Of a DNA stretch of 64,000 nucleotides, positions 9,861 to 20,248 are shown piece after piece. This stretch comes from a phage. The translations under genes and the position numbers were made by a program. Each line of letters starts with the position of its first letter. Position 1 is the stretch's first letter. The notes below the pieces were generated by a model. That model did not search any database. It was given only the letters and a program-made list of their open reading frames with translations, and had not been told where the DNA came from. The stretch lies in assembly GCA_015370545.1 (NCBI GenBank), contig GCA_015370545.1_3932.1; one strand, 5' to 3'.

Positions 9861-10409
9861 TTACCTTAGCATGTGTGATTTTACTGGAATAAAGATACCA
9901 AATTGTGAGACTGCTAAACCAGATAGTGACATACACTGTTCAGGTAAGTACACAAAAGCCCCTGTGTAGAAGTCTATAAAAGAACCATCATCTTGTTTGC
10001 AGGCTAGTTTTCCATAACCATAGTTGTACAACTTTAATGAACCATCATCATACTTTGAGTAGTTCTTGAACTGAACATTAAAAGCATATTCAGAGAACCT
10101 TGTGTACAGGTCATAAAGCAATCCAATACTGTCGTCGACTATTGCTACACCAAACTTTTTACAAATATCCACATAGTTTTTGTATAATTTATTATGATTT
10201 TCAGGTGTTGCAAAGTTTGTATACCAATGTTCTAAGATAGATAACTTAATTGGCTGATTTTTAGAATATTCTAATACCTTCATGTCATACCAAGATTTCC
10301 TAAGTCTGACATCATCTAGCCTTAAATTTTGAGACACTTCACGGAAGTTTTTGATGATTATATTTCTGCGCCTATTGTCAATCATAATCAGCCCTCTGAG
10401 TGATACCAA
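9861..10409 (-). CDS. hypothetical protein
   Basis: 182-aa ORF. Confidence 0.5.
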   Translation of the reverse strand: MVSLRGLIMIDNRRRNIIIKNFREVSQNLRLDDVRLRKSWYDMKVLEYSKNQPIKLSILEHWYTNFATPENHNKLYKNYVDICKKFGVAIVDDSIGLLYDLYTRFSEYAFNVQFKNYSKYDDGSLKLYNYGYGKLACKQDDGSFIDFYTGAFVYLPEQCMSLSGLAVSQFGIFIPVKSHMLR

Positions 10410-10579
10410 GTATTACAAGCATTACATGCGTAAAGCTCTAAGTCATTTTTATCTGGTTTATGAAAACAGTTTGCTCCGCAGTGGCAACGAAACGGCTTTC
10501 CACCAACTGTCAGGATGAAGGATTGAACCTTTCCATCTGGAGTTCGTACAGCATTTTTATGCTTATCTTCTTTGTTCAT
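10388..10579 (-). CDS. small zinc-finger protein
   Basis: 63 aa; CHCGANC...CNACN. Confidence 0.45.
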   Translation of the reverse strand: MNKEDKHKNAVRTPDGKVQSFILTVGGKPFRCHCGANCFHKPDKNDLELYACNACNTWYHSEG

Positions 10580-10782
10580 TTTCTCTTACCACCAATGTCT
10601 ACGTCAATAACTTGAACATCACCAGCAACATCAAACTTATGAATGATGCTTTCCACAGTGTAAGTCCAACCCTCGATTCGAACCAACTCACCTTCTCGTG
10701 GGACGATTGGGTTACGTTGAGCTACGGTTGTAGTGGAGTGAACAACATCATAACAGTAGATATAGTTTACTAGGACTTCCAT
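10576..10782 (-). CDS. hypothetical protein
   Basis: 68-aa ORF, 4-nt overlap with neighbour. Confidence 0.4.
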   Translation of the reverse strand: MEVLVNYIYCYDVVHSTTTVAQRNPIVPREGELVRIEGWTYTVESIIHKFDVAGDVQVIDVDIGGKRK

Positions 10783-10792
10783 CGTAAAAACC

Positions 10793-11050
10793 TCACTCTA
10801 TAACAGTAGTGTGTGATTGACCATTTTTGCCATAGCTATAAGATGTTGTTGTTTGAGAGTTTGGACATCTGACAACAACAATATCTCTGCTTATGGCATC
10901 ACCATGTAACTTATAGACTTTGCAATCTTGCATCTCTGGTGGGAGGCTATAAGAAGCGTTTTTGTCCTCGTAAGAGGGGTTGCAGCCAGATAGAAAAATT
11001 ACTCCAAGTGCAACCATTGCTTTCACACAACTCTTAACCTTATTGTTCAC
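10793..11050 (-). CDS. putative lipoprotein
   Basis: 85 aa; signal peptide with lipobox-like FLSGC. Confidence 0.5.
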   Translation of the reverse strand: MNNKVKSCVKAMVALGVIFLSGCNPSYEDKNASYSLPPEMQDCKVYKLHGDAISRDIVVVRCPNSQTTTSYSYGKNGQSHTTVIE

Positions 11051-11182
11051 GATAGTCTACCTCTCTGTATGTTTTTAAATAGTGAGTAATGAGTTCTGGT
11101 AATTCACTACGTTTAACGTTTGAACGAAGAAGTGTCCAGTCAAAACCTTTACCAACCCTTCCCCAGAGACTGTACATTTTCT

Positions 11183-11416
11183 TCATAGCAACTCCAGAAT
11201 ATCAATACGTTCACCTTTAAGTACTCCAGTACGGTCTTTTGCAAACTTACCGTCAACGATAAGGATGTGTGTAGACCTTAAAGCGTCGTTGTTAAAGGTT
11301 TTTACGAACTTGCTAGGCATGACTACAATGGACATCTCCTGAATTAACTCTGGAGTGTAGCAGTTATCATGAAGTTGCTGAATAACGTCTGCAAGTGTCA
11401 TTTTTGATGTCTCCAA
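11183..11416 (-). CDS. hypothetical protein
   Basis: 77-aa ORF. Confidence 0.4.
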   Translation of the reverse strand: METSKMTLADVIQQLHDNCYTPELIQEMSIVVMPSKFVKTFNNDALRSTHILIVDGKFAKDRTGVLKGERIDILELL

Positions 11417-11607
11417 TATTCAATATCTACAAGTTCTTGTGCAATGCTTTTCAGATTACCTTTCAAGAAAACCTTCTCAGAACCTGAAAGAGATGAATTG
11501 TCAATTAACCTGTTCATTCTCTCAAACAACTTCTGCTTACGATTTTTGATAGTCTCCTTTGAAGCACCTTTCATCATCGCTGCATGGGTTCTTCCACGAT
11601 GGCTCAT
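11398..11607 (-). CDS. hypothetical basic protein
   Basis: 69-aa ORF, K/R-rich. Confidence 0.4.
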   Translation of the reverse strand: MSHRGRTHAAMMKGASKETIKNRKQKLFERMNRLIDNSSLSGSEKVFLKGNLKSIAQELVDIEYWRHQK

Positions 11608-11668
11608 AAGCCCTCCTATATAAGATATAGTATAAGGTACTCTTCCATGAGCACCTTGTCAATACTAA

Positions 11669-14368
11669 TTAGTGTACTTCAAGCCAGCTTTTACCAACCT
11701 TACCAGTACCTGTTACAAGTGTTTCTTTCTTAAGACCTAAGTTCTTAGAAGCTTGTCCATAATACCAGTCAGTAACTGATTTCACTTCTGCCGTCATACT
11801 TTCTGGACATTCCCAGCTTGTTTCATCGTGATATGCACAGAGTAAACGAGCACCAATAGCTGGTTGACGACCATTCAACTTCATCAAACCTTCGTCAATC
11901 ATACGACGACAAGCAAGGTTAATTGCCTCATTTTGAATCTGAGCCTCTGAACCCATCAAAAGATAGTTCAACAGTTTGTGTGGAGATTTACACCACAACC
12001 AAGCTCCAGCAACCTTTACAAAACCCCCTTTAGAGATTGCAGCGGTCTTACCAAACACCTCTTCAAGTGCCTTCTTAGTCGCTTTGTAGTCAGCTTCCAA
12101 GTCATCCAGCAGCTTCTTAATTTTAGGCAAACGAATAAAGTAAGTCTGTTTAGTCAGTGCACCTTCCTGAGTAGTTGCAGCTTTAATTGTCTTAGCAAAC
12201 TTCTCATCACCTGCACCGAACAGCAGTGCATAGATACCATTCTTAGCTTTTTTACGACCCTTACTAATCTCATGGAGAAGATTCTCATCCTGAGTGGCTC
12301 GACAAGTCAAGATATCCTGCTCATCATTCAAGCTAAAGTAAATACTGTTCAGTGTGTGTGCATCAGTCCCTGAATAGACAACGTACAGGTCATTCTCAGA
12401 GTCATAGCGAAGGTACTTATCAATCTCTGGGTTTAGGTACTCATCAAAGTGTTTGCAGTAATAGCGTCCATCTTCTTGACGAATAAACTCAATTTCTTCT
12501 TTACCTTGCGTTACCGCTTTGGTGAAGTCTTTGTCACCCATAAAGTTACAAAGGAGAACTAGCTGGGCTGAGTTCATGTCTACAGAGACAACATTAGTAC
12601 CTTCTTCACAAATCCACACTGCCCTCATTGGCTCCCCATAGACAGCAGCACCAGACGGTACGTTTACAATACCATATTGTGTCATACGTCCAGTTGAAGT
12701 ACCAAATACCATTGCACCAGCACTAAGGCGACCATCTGGACGAATCTGGTTCAGCCAACCTTTCTCGTCATCCTTTGAGTTCTCAATAGTTCTGCGTCGG
12801 TGCATCAAAGTATAGTACTTCGCAATCTTCTGTCCAAGCTCACCTTCAATCGTATCATAAGATGATTCAGTAAGTTTTGGTGAAGTACGGATTAAGCAAG
12901 GCTCAAGCAAATCTGTGTATTTCTTCACAGACCAGTTATGCTCGATGTACTGTACACCTTCATGTTCAACATAACTCAAACCACACCGCTCAACCATTTC
13001 CTGCCACTTAGGATGCTTTGTAATCATCTTTTTATTGTCTTTGAAACGACAAACTTTGACAGGGCGACCATCTGAGTCTTTCTTGTAATTCCAGTCATCT
13101 GGAATCCAACCAACTGATTTCAAGTAGTCTTTAACAACTGCTACCTGAGTCATACGAGAAACTTCAAACTCAATTGGTGTATATGGTGCATCAATCAATC
13201 CTGTGTAGCGACTTGACTCCAGTTCAAAGTGGTTAACAACATGGCTGTTATAGTACTTCACAGTTTTAACAGTTTTTACTGGCTTCCAGTCTTTGCATTT
13301 CTTACCAATCTTTGCATTCAACTCGTTGCAAATTGCACGAGCATCCTTCATTGCTACAAAGCCTTCCTTGTACTCTTCACCAGTTACAGAGTTGGTTGGT
13401 GTATAGCAATTTCTCTTTTCAATGTTAAAAATCTTTGTAGTTGGCTTACCAAATGGCTTGATTTCGTATGTCTGCATCTCACCGTTACGTACCTGCTGAC
13501 GATACTTTGTTTTAGGGTACTTGGTAATTCTCTTCAGTCCATCTGCATGACCGAATGTTTCAACATACTCATTCCAAGCTTTTGCAAACTCTTCTCCAGT
13601 GACTTTACCTTTGGTCTTAATAGTTGGAGGTAGATGTGGTTCAACCTCTGAAGCAAGTTCATTAGTCAATTTGTCAAGTTCCTTTACATGGAACTCCATA
13701 AGCTCTTTATCAGCTTTCCAACCATTGATAGCTTGTTGACTCATCCAGAAAGATGTTTCTTTAGCTCGCATATAGGTTTCATAGGTATCTATGCCACACT
13801 TCTTCAGCTTGAGATATTCATTATCTAGTGCACGTTTAGTTTTGGCGTTAATACGGATATCTTCTACAACACGAGTGAAGATTTCTGCATTCCATACACC
13901 CCAATGTTCAATCTCTGGTTTACGTACACCAACACGAGCACCCCATGCTGCCAAGCCATGAGCACCTTTATAACCTTTTGGAGTTGGTCTATCCATCCAC
14001 TGAACACGAGACTGGATAAGAGAATCCTGAAAGAAATTACTCCACGGCTTACACTTTGGATTATCAAAATTCCACAAATCAGGTGCAATGTGATTGAAAA
14101 CCCACCAGTCATACCCTAAACCATTATGGATGCAAAGTCGTTTTGCCTTTAACGCAAACTCAATACCTTCACGTAAGCCACCCTTAATGTACTTGGTATA
14201 CTTGTGACCGAGGATAGGCTCATCTGTAAAGACCCATACAGGTGGCTCTTCATCGTCAGATTTATAGTCTGCGAAAGCCATTACGTGCACTTTAGTGAAC
14301 TCAAGGAGTAAACCATCAGTTTCTGTATCACCAACTAAATGTAAGTTTTTAAAATCTACGTTTTCCAT
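11669..14368 (-). CDS. DNA polymerase, family A (Pol I-like) with 3'-5' exonuclease domain
   Basis: ORF 11669..14398; exo motif DTETDG; family A motifs DMNSAQL..., RRKAKNGIYALLFGAG and YHDE; start moved to the ATG at 14368 (MENVDF) because GAGGGAG sits just upstream. Confidence 0.9.
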   Translation of the reverse strand: MENVDFKNLHLVGDTETDGLLLEFTKVHVMAFADYKSDDEEPPVWVFTDEPILGHKYTKYIKGGLREGIEFALKAKRLCIHNGLGYDWWVFNHIAPDLWNFDNPKCKPWSNFFQDSLIQSRVQWMDRPTPKGYKGAHGLAAWGARVGVRKPEIEHWGVWNAEIFTRVVEDIRINAKTKRALDNEYLKLKKCGIDTYETYMRAKETSFWMSQQAINGWKADKELMEFHVKELDKLTNELASEVEPHLPPTIKTKGKVTGEEFAKAWNEYVETFGHADGLKRITKYPKTKYRQQVRNGEMQTYEIKPFGKPTTKIFNIEKRNCYTPTNSVTGEEYKEGFVAMKDARAICNELNAKIGKKCKDWKPVKTVKTVKYYNSHVVNHFELESSRYTGLIDAPYTPIEFEVSRMTQVAVVKDYLKSVGWIPDDWNYKKDSDGRPVKVCRFKDNKKMITKHPKWQEMVERCGLSYVEHEGVQYIEHNWSVKKYTDLLEPCLIRTSPKLTESSYDTIEGELGQKIAKYYTLMHRRRTIENSKDDEKGWLNQIRPDGRLSAGAMVFGTSTGRMTQYGIVNVPSGAAVYGEPMRAVWICEEGTNVVSVDMNSAQLVLLCNFMGDKDFTKAVTQGKEEIEFIRQEDGRYYCKHFDEYLNPEIDKYLRYDSENDLYVVYSGTDAHTLNSIYFSLNDEQDILTCRATQDENLLHEISKGRKKAKNGIYALLFGAGDEKFAKTIKAATTQEGALTKQTYFIRLPKIKKLLDDLEADYKATKKALEEVFGKTAAISKGGFVKVAGAWLWCKSPHKLLNYLLMGSEAQIQNEAINLACRRMIDEGLMKLNGRQPAIGARLLCAYHDETSWECPESMTAEVKSVTDWYYGQASKNLGLKKETLVTGTGKVGKSWLEVH

Positions 14369-14428
14369 TTTTACTCCCTCTAAAATCATTAACCTCATAC
14401 ATTACTGCAAAAAATTATAAAAAGCAAG

Positions 14429-14457
14429 TTGACAATGTACTTGACAAGGTGTTAATC
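14429..14457 (+). promoter_or_regulatory. sigma70-like promoter with tandem TTGACA boxes
   Basis: TTGACAATGTACTTGACAAGGTGTTAATC; 17-nt spacing from first TTGACA to TTAATC; same motif recurs at 60374 and 49873. Confidence 0.45.
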
Positions 14458-14625
14458 TTTGCGAAGTGGGTTTTTACTTAAAAGGTCACTTAACAGTTTA
14501 ACTATACAGATACTTTAAAACTCTTAAAAGATTATTTAATAGCTTTTAAAAAGCTTTAAAGTATAACGTATAGAATACGTTAAGATAAAAGATTAAAACT
14601 TAATAGTTACTTAAAAGAGGCTTAC

Positions 14626-15048
14626 ATGCAGAAAATGTTTGTTCACCCAGACATAGCTGACTTTGTTAGAGCTTTGCAGAAGTTGGAAGAACTTGACATT
14701 GCTGCTCAACGGGAATATGCTCACCATCACAGGAGAATGGTTGATATACAACATGAAATAGAGTTGTCTGAAAACTATGAAGATGACTTAAAATGCTCTG
14801 TATTTGAGCATATGAAAGATGTTGCTACAGCTAGACGTAAAGCTAAAGACACAGTTGCTTTACTAGATTCTCTTAAAAAGAGGTTGCAAAGTGGTACAGA
14901 CCTGTGTAATCTAGCGTCACTGATTAACGATGTTGAAACTTCTTGGGATAGGCACTATTATCCACGTTCTGAAAAGACACTTGACTTTTCTTCACCAGAA
15001 AACTTAAAATGTTCTAGAAAGAAACTTAACCAACTGAGAGAGAAATAA
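14626..15048 (+). CDS. hypothetical protein
   Basis: 140-aa ORF, first gene of plus-strand block. Confidence 0.5.
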   Translation: MQKMFVHPDIADFVRALQKLEELDIAAQREYAHHHRRMVDIQHEIELSENYEDDLKCSVFEHMKDVATARRKAKDTVALLDSLKKRLQSGTDLCNLASLINDVETSWDRHYYPRSEKTLDFSSPENLKCSRKKLNQLREK

Positions 15049-15049
15049 T

Positions 15050-15862
15050 ATGAATACTACTGTAGACCAGATGCTTGAAGAAAAAGGTATTGACGAAGCT
15101 TTCTTAATCAATGCCGTAGAAAGCATGGCTATGATTCTTCGTGGAAACAACTACACAGAACAGTTTATGCCTGCAAGCTATAACCTGCCTAAAGACAAGT
15201 CTGATAACGGTGCTTTTGCAGAACAGGTTAATATGATGCTGTGTGACAAAACACTTGCTTTAGCATCTATTGTTGTAGGTGTTGATGCTCTTGCAGAGTT
15301 CATTTTTTATGAGATGCAGAAAAATGACTATATTGCCATGACCTCTGAAGAAAAAGACTCGCTATTGCTCTTAGATAATAATGAGCTAGTTGACCTGTTA
15401 ATTTCGTCAACGAGTGCTGTTATGGCTGCTCTTGAGAAGCGCATGGAAGAGAAGCTGTCACGATATGAAAAACTTGATTGGGGTGTAGAAGAGTTAAACC
15501 CACGAATCAAAGAGATTATCCAGCAAACTAAAGATTCTTTAGAAGAAGCTGTGAAAGATGATTCTGTAGCTGATGTAGAACCACTACAGGTGAAGGTTGC
15601 TCTGATGATTCCAGCTATTTCTACAATGATGAATATCGTTGCACTAATCCAACTTTCTCAGATGTTGGGAGTAACCATTGAGTTCGTTGAGGAAATGACT
15701 GGCGGTGTGAGTATGCAAGCAATCAATGATGTTTTGGTAAGCATCGGTGCTTCAATCATTGAAGAGAAGCTTCGCATTAACTTCGGTGATGATTTTGTTA
15801 AGCAAATCTCAGCTATGGCTGAAAAAGAACACTCACAGATTAATACTAACCAACTGCACTGA
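15050..15862 (+). CDS. hypothetical protein
   Basis: 270-aa ORF. Confidence 0.5.
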   Translation: MNTTVDQMLEEKGIDEAFLINAVESMAMILRGNNYTEQFMPASYNLPKDKSDNGAFAEQVNMMLCDKTLALASIVVGVDALAEFIFYEMQKNDYIAMTSEEKDSLLLLDNNELVDLLISSTSAVMAALEKRMEEKLSRYEKLDWGVEELNPRIKEIIQQTKDSLEEAVKDDSVADVEPLQVKVALMIPAISTMMNIVALIQLSQMLGVTIEFVEEMTGGVSMQAINDVLVSIGASIIEEKLRINFGDDFVKQISAMAEKEHSQINTNQLH

Positions 15863-15880
15863 GTTTTTATAAATCTTACA

Positions 15881-15904
15881 AGCCTCCTTAGTTGGGGGCT
15901 TTTT
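15881..15904 (+). terminator. rho-independent terminator
   Basis: AGCCTCC...GGGGGCT hairpin followed by TTTT. Confidence 0.55.
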
Positions 15905-15923
15905 AGTAATTAAGGGAGATAAA

Positions 15924-16667
15924 ATGAGTAATATTATCGCATTTACTGGAAAGGCACGTTCTGGAAAAGACACCTCATGTTCTATTGTGAAGAACATCTT
16001 AGAGGATGAGTATGGCTACAATGTTGCTGTAATGGCCTTTGCAGACAACCTTAAACTATCTGCATCAAAGATATTTGACTTGACTTGGAATGACCTGTAC
16101 GGTGAAACTAAAGAGACTCCACAGGTTTTTGACTTATCATATCCTGAACTGATGTTTAAAGTTACGGAAGCTATGGAGTTCACCTTCAGAGATGAACGTT
16201 ACCATATGGACTTCAAGCTTATGTCAGAGTTAACCGGACGATTAATCATGGAGCTTAAGAAGGTTGCTAAACCGACTCTATTGACACGTCTGGGGTTTAG
16301 CAAAAAGTATAAATTCTCATCAAGACAAATTCAACAGATTTGGGGTACTGAAGTTGTCCGTAAAGTAATGGGCGACAAGTTCTGGTCTAAAGACCTTGAA
16401 AAAAGAATGGTTAGATTCCATGAAATGTGCTCACTTAGAAATCAATATGGTTTTGTCTTAATCAGTGATTTAAGATTTGACTCTGAAGCTGAATGGTTGA
16501 GTAGATTTGCACACCAAACTATTGAAGTAAAAAGAGACAATGTGGACAAAGTTTCATCACATGTTTCAGAAAATGGGATTTCTACAAAATATGAGCGTGA
16601 CATTATTCATAATAATGGTACTCTTGCAGACCTTGAGAACAAGCTAAGAGCCATCATTAAAGTTTAA
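15924..16667 (+). CDS. deoxynucleoside monophosphate kinase-like P-loop kinase
   Basis: 247 aa; N-terminal P-loop FTGKARSGKDT as in T4 gp1-type dNMP kinases. Confidence 0.6.
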   Translation: MSNIIAFTGKARSGKDTSCSIVKNILEDEYGYNVAVMAFADNLKLSASKIFDLTWNDLYGETKETPQVFDLSYPELMFKVTEAMEFTFRDERYHMDFKLMSELTGRLIMELKKVAKPTLLTRLGFSKKYKFSSRQIQQIWGTEVVRKVMGDKFWSKDLEKRMVRFHEMCSLRNQYGFVLISDLRFDSEAEWLSRFAHQTIEVKRDNVDKVSSHVSENGISTKYERDIIHNNGTLADLENKLRAIIKV

Positions 16668-16675
16668 AAGAGATA

Positions 16676-16876
16676 ATGAAGATGAGAGTAAAAGACAATT
16701 TTAAAGTTATTGACCACCGTTTAGTGGAACTCTCATCTCTTTCCAATGAGGTAATGATTGAACGTCTTAAGAGAGTTGAATCACGAAGGGAAGAGATTGC
16801 AGATGAAATTCATGAACTGGACAAGATTGAAAATGGATTGAAGGCAGAACTACAACGAAGAGGTGCTAATGTCTAA
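16676..16876 (+). CDS. hypothetical small protein
   Basis: 66-aa ORF, charged/coiled. Confidence 0.4.
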   Translation: MKMRVKDNFKVIDHRLVELSSLSNEVMIERLKRVESRREEIADEIHELDKIENGLKAELQRRGANV

Positions 16877-18854
16877 AGGTCGTAAATTGAAAGAGGCTGG
16901 TCAGTTTATTGGTCATTGTGCATGTCCACGTTGTGGTTCATCAGATGCTGGTTCCATCTATCATCATGACGATGATTCTTATTCGATGACTTGCTTTAGT
17001 TGTAACAAAGGTTTCCCAGAGTGGGATTTTGATAAAGGACAAATCGTGAGCACTTATTCTACTGGTCCAGACAATAAAAACCGTACTTTCCGTGGAATGG
17101 ATTTAGACGATGTAAAAGAAAACCTTGAAGCAATGGACTTAAAAGACAGGAAGATTCCTGCAAAAGTTCTTGAGCGTTTGGGTATCAAGGTTGACATTGA
17201 CAGTGACGGTGAAATTGACGCACATTTCTACCCAACTTACAAACGCAATGAAGATGGCAAGCTAGAGCATGTTGGCTACCGTGTTCGTCACCGTTACCCA
17301 GAAGACCATCCAAAAGAACACCTACGAGGTAAGCTAAAAGACTTTTCTGGTGGTGTTGGAGACATTAAAGGTGAACTGGCAATGTTCGGCTCATGGATTG
17401 CTCCAGAAGGTGGTAACCGTCTATTCATCTGGGAAGGTGAGATGGAATGTGCGACAGCAATCTACATGACTTCTTTGGCGATTAAAGATAAGTCTCGTCG
17501 TAAGAATTACTGTCACGTATCTGTTCCGTCAGGTGCAAACATTAAGTCTATCAAAGATAACTATCAGTACATTACATCATTTGATGAAATTTACTTGTGC
17601 TTTGATAACGATGAAGCAGGTGCTAAAGCTACCAAAGAGGCTGCTGGTATCCTACCTATTGAGAAGGTTCGTTTATTCCAGTATCCAGAGGGTGTAAAAG
17701 ACCTAAACGAATGGTGGACAAAGTTCTATAAAGAGAAAGATACAGTTCTGGAAGGATTTAAGCAGCGTATCTACAACGCACCTCGTTATTGCCCTGCTGG
17801 TATCAAGAACTTTGCAGATGGTTTTGAGGCAATGAAGAATCGTGGTCAGATTCCTTTGATTCCTTTCCCAGAATCTTTCGGGGATTTGAACAGACTAACT
17901 TACGGTGGTTATGGTTTAGGAGAGATTACAACTCTGGCAGCACCATCTTCAGTAGGTAAATCAGCTTACACTCGTGAGATGATTTATTCAGCTTGGAAGG
18001 AAACCGATTACAATATTGGTGTAATTCCGGTAGAAGATACCTATGAAGAGTTGATGGAGATGCTCTGTGCAATTCACCTGAGCAAACAGATTTCTGAGAT
18101 TCCTTATGACGAACGTGATTGGGATGAATTAAAGGAAGCACACGCAGAACTATCTAAAGGTCGTCGTATCCACATCGTAGACCATCAAGGGGCGATTGAC
18201 CAAGACAACCTGCTGGAATTTGTTGACTATCTTGTTAACAGTTTAGACTGTAAGATTATTATTCTTGACCCTATTACGTTGGCTCTGTCACGTTCAGATA
18301 CGGATGAAGAGGAAGTTTTGTCTGAGCTATTGCGTCGTTGCAAACGCTACCAGTATGCACAGGTTAACGTCTGTCACGTTCGTAAGAGTGCAGGTGGTCA
18401 GAAAGCCAACTCTGAAGGTGGAGACATCTCTGAAGAGGATATTAAAGGCTCTGGTGCGTATTTCCAGATTTCCATGAACAACATTCTGTTAATGCGTAAC
18501 AAGGTTGACCCAGACCCTGTTAAGAAAAACTTGACAAAAATAAAGTTAACTAAGTGTCGTCGTCATGGTAAGTCAACAGGTATTGCTGGTCATACTTGGT
18601 ACAATCCAGACACAGGGCGTCTTATCAAAGCTTCTGGGTGTGGTGTTGACATTGATGGTGCAGCAGAAAATATCCGTCAACAGTTTGGTATTGGTGAAGC
18701 TGAAGACCATTATGACGACTCTTTACCTCATTATGAGGATGAAGTGTTTGACCGTGAGACTGGTGAAGTCTATACTGAAGAACAGCGTCAAAGCTCAATG
18801 ATTCCACCTGTATTAAGCGAGGATGCAGATGACTGCCCATTCGAAACTGAGTGA
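16863..18854 (+). CDS. bifunctional primase-helicase (T7 gp4-like)
   Basis: 663 aa; N-terminal zinc ribbon CACPRCGS...CFSCN, TOPRIM-like centre, DnaB-type Walker A APSSVGKS. Confidence 0.85.
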   Translation: MLMSKGRKLKEAGQFIGHCACPRCGSSDAGSIYHHDDDSYSMTCFSCNKGFPEWDFDKGQIVSTYSTGPDNKNRTFRGMDLDDVKENLEAMDLKDRKIPAKVLERLGIKVDIDSDGEIDAHFYPTYKRNEDGKLEHVGYRVRHRYPEDHPKEHLRGKLKDFSGGVGDIKGELAMFGSWIAPEGGNRLFIWEGEMECATAIYMTSLAIKDKSRRKNYCHVSVPSGANIKSIKDNYQYITSFDEIYLCFDNDEAGAKATKEAAGILPIEKVRLFQYPEGVKDLNEWWTKFYKEKDTVLEGFKQRIYNAPRYCPAGIKNFADGFEAMKNRGQIPLIPFPESFGDLNRLTYGGYGLGEITTLAAPSSVGKSAYTREMIYSAWKETDYNIGVIPVEDTYEELMEMLCAIHLSKQISEIPYDERDWDELKEAHAELSKGRRIHIVDHQGAIDQDNLLEFVDYLVNSLDCKIIILDPITLALSRSDTDEEEVLSELLRRCKRYQYAQVNVCHVRKSAGGQKANSEGGDISEEDIKGSGAYFQISMNNILLMRNKVDPDPVKKNLTKIKLTKCRRHGKSTGIAGHTWYNPDTGRLIKASGCGVDIDGAAENIRQQFGIGEAEDHYDDSLPHYEDEVFDRETGEVYTEEQRQSSMIPPVLSEDADDCPFETE

Positions 18855-19110
18855 TAGTTATAAAAGAGAGGGGCTTATACCCTTCTTTGAAGAAAAAAGT
18901 TTAAATGAATTTCAGGAAGAGTGTTTGACAAAGGTTGATAGGTTCTATAGAATGCTCTACATGAAATGTGATGGAGGCGTTGAGGTAGAAGAAAAGTTCC
19001 ATCACAGCATAATCACAGTCACTATTACTATACCTAAACATAATATTGGTTGGCTGTTTGTAATAAAAGAAAATGTGTTTGAATATCAAGTATATCGGAG
19101 AATATCATGA
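18823..19110 (+). CDS. hypothetical protein (doubtful)
   Basis: 95-aa ORF overlapping primase-helicase 3' end; weak support. Confidence 0.25.
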   Translation: MQMTAHSKLSDSYKREGLIPFFEEKSLNEFQEECLTKVDRFYRMLYMKCDGGVEVEEKFHHSIITVTITIPKHNIGWLFVIKENVFEYQVYRRIS

Positions 19111-19328
19111 AACACTCTAAAGCATTTGAAAAAGTTTTTGGGGATTCCTTAAAAGCCACTGCTGGAAAACCAGCAAAATACTATGAAGAGAAGCGTGTAA
19201 GAACTGGAAAAACTGCACGTAAAGCAGCTTCTAAAGATAAGCACAACTTCCAGTAATTAATGTTTGACAATAGAGTATCAACAAACTAGAATTGGTACTC
19301 TTCATAAATTGAGATAGAGGTTTAAATA

Positions 19329-20186
19329 ATGTCTAAAGTTGTTAAAATGAAAGCTCCGGTAGAGAAATACAATGGCACTGAACGCCAAACTCTGCGATAC
19401 CTGCTGAAAGATGTCTGGTTTTATTACCTGAACACTTCACCACGTCCGGGAAAAGGTAAGTCTATTGATAAGAAATTCCCAGGCAAAGACTGTAACTACA
19501 GCGTATCAATTCTGGCAGAAGACGGTAACAAACTGTTTAAAGAGTTTACTAAGTCTAAGAAAAATCCAGAAGGTTGGGATAAAGTCACTACTGAAGCAGT
19601 TGATGCAGACGACTTCGAAGAGAAGTTTGGTTGTAAACCACCTTTTGAAGCAGACACTTACTACATCTTGAAAGTAAGTCGTGCAGCAGCTTATAAAGAT
19701 GGTGCTGTATGGACAGCTAAACAGTCATTCCCTGTTATGCTTATTGAAGAAGTAAATGGTAAGCGTGTAGCTGTTAAGCAGCCGATGAAGAAAATCAAAG
19801 CTCAAGCATCTGATAAACATGAAGATGATAAGAACTATGATGTAATTCATCCAGATATTGCAGTTGGTAACGGTTCTTTTGGTAGTGTGATTCTTTCTAC
19901 TCACTTCTACACTTTTGAGAACAATGTTCTGACAAAACCTATTCAGGAACAGTTTATCATTGATACTCTTGTACCTTACACTGGTGGTAACGGTGCTAAC
20001 GGTGAACCTGAACTGGATGAAGACGAACTGGCTATGCTTGGTCTTGATGGTGTCGAAGATAACGGTGAAATCACTGAAGAAGACGCAACAGACCATAAAT
20101 CTTCGAATGAGTCTGATGATGGTGATGATGAAGATTTGCCAGACCCAGATGACGAAGAAGATGAAGACTTCGATACAGAAGACTAA
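19329..20186 (+). CDS. putative ssDNA-binding protein
   Basis: 285 aa; strongly acidic C-terminal tail DDGDDEDLPDPDDEEDEDFDTED as in T7 gp2.5-type SSBs; sits in replication module. Confidence 0.5.
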   Translation: MSKVVKMKAPVEKYNGTERQTLRYLLKDVWFYYLNTSPRPGKGKSIDKKFPGKDCNYSVSILAEDGNKLFKEFTKSKKNPEGWDKVTTEAVDADDFEEKFGCKPPFEADTYYILKVSRAAAYKDGAVWTAKQSFPVMLIEEVNGKRVAVKQPMKKIKAQASDKHEDDKNYDVIHPDIAVGNGSFGSVILSTHFYTFENNVLTKPIQEQFIIDTLVPYTGGNGANGEPELDEDELAMLGLDGVEDNGEITEEDATDHKSSNESDDGDDEDLPDPDDEEDEDFDTED

Positions 20187-20204
20187 TCTCTAAAAGTTAC
20201 TTTA

Positions 20205-20233
20205 AAGCCCTGTACTTAGTATGGGGCTTTTTC
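20205..20233 (+). terminator. rho-independent terminator
   Basis: AGCCC...GGGGCT hairpin followed by TTTTT. Confidence 0.5.
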
Positions 20234-20248
20234 ATATGGAGAGCCATA

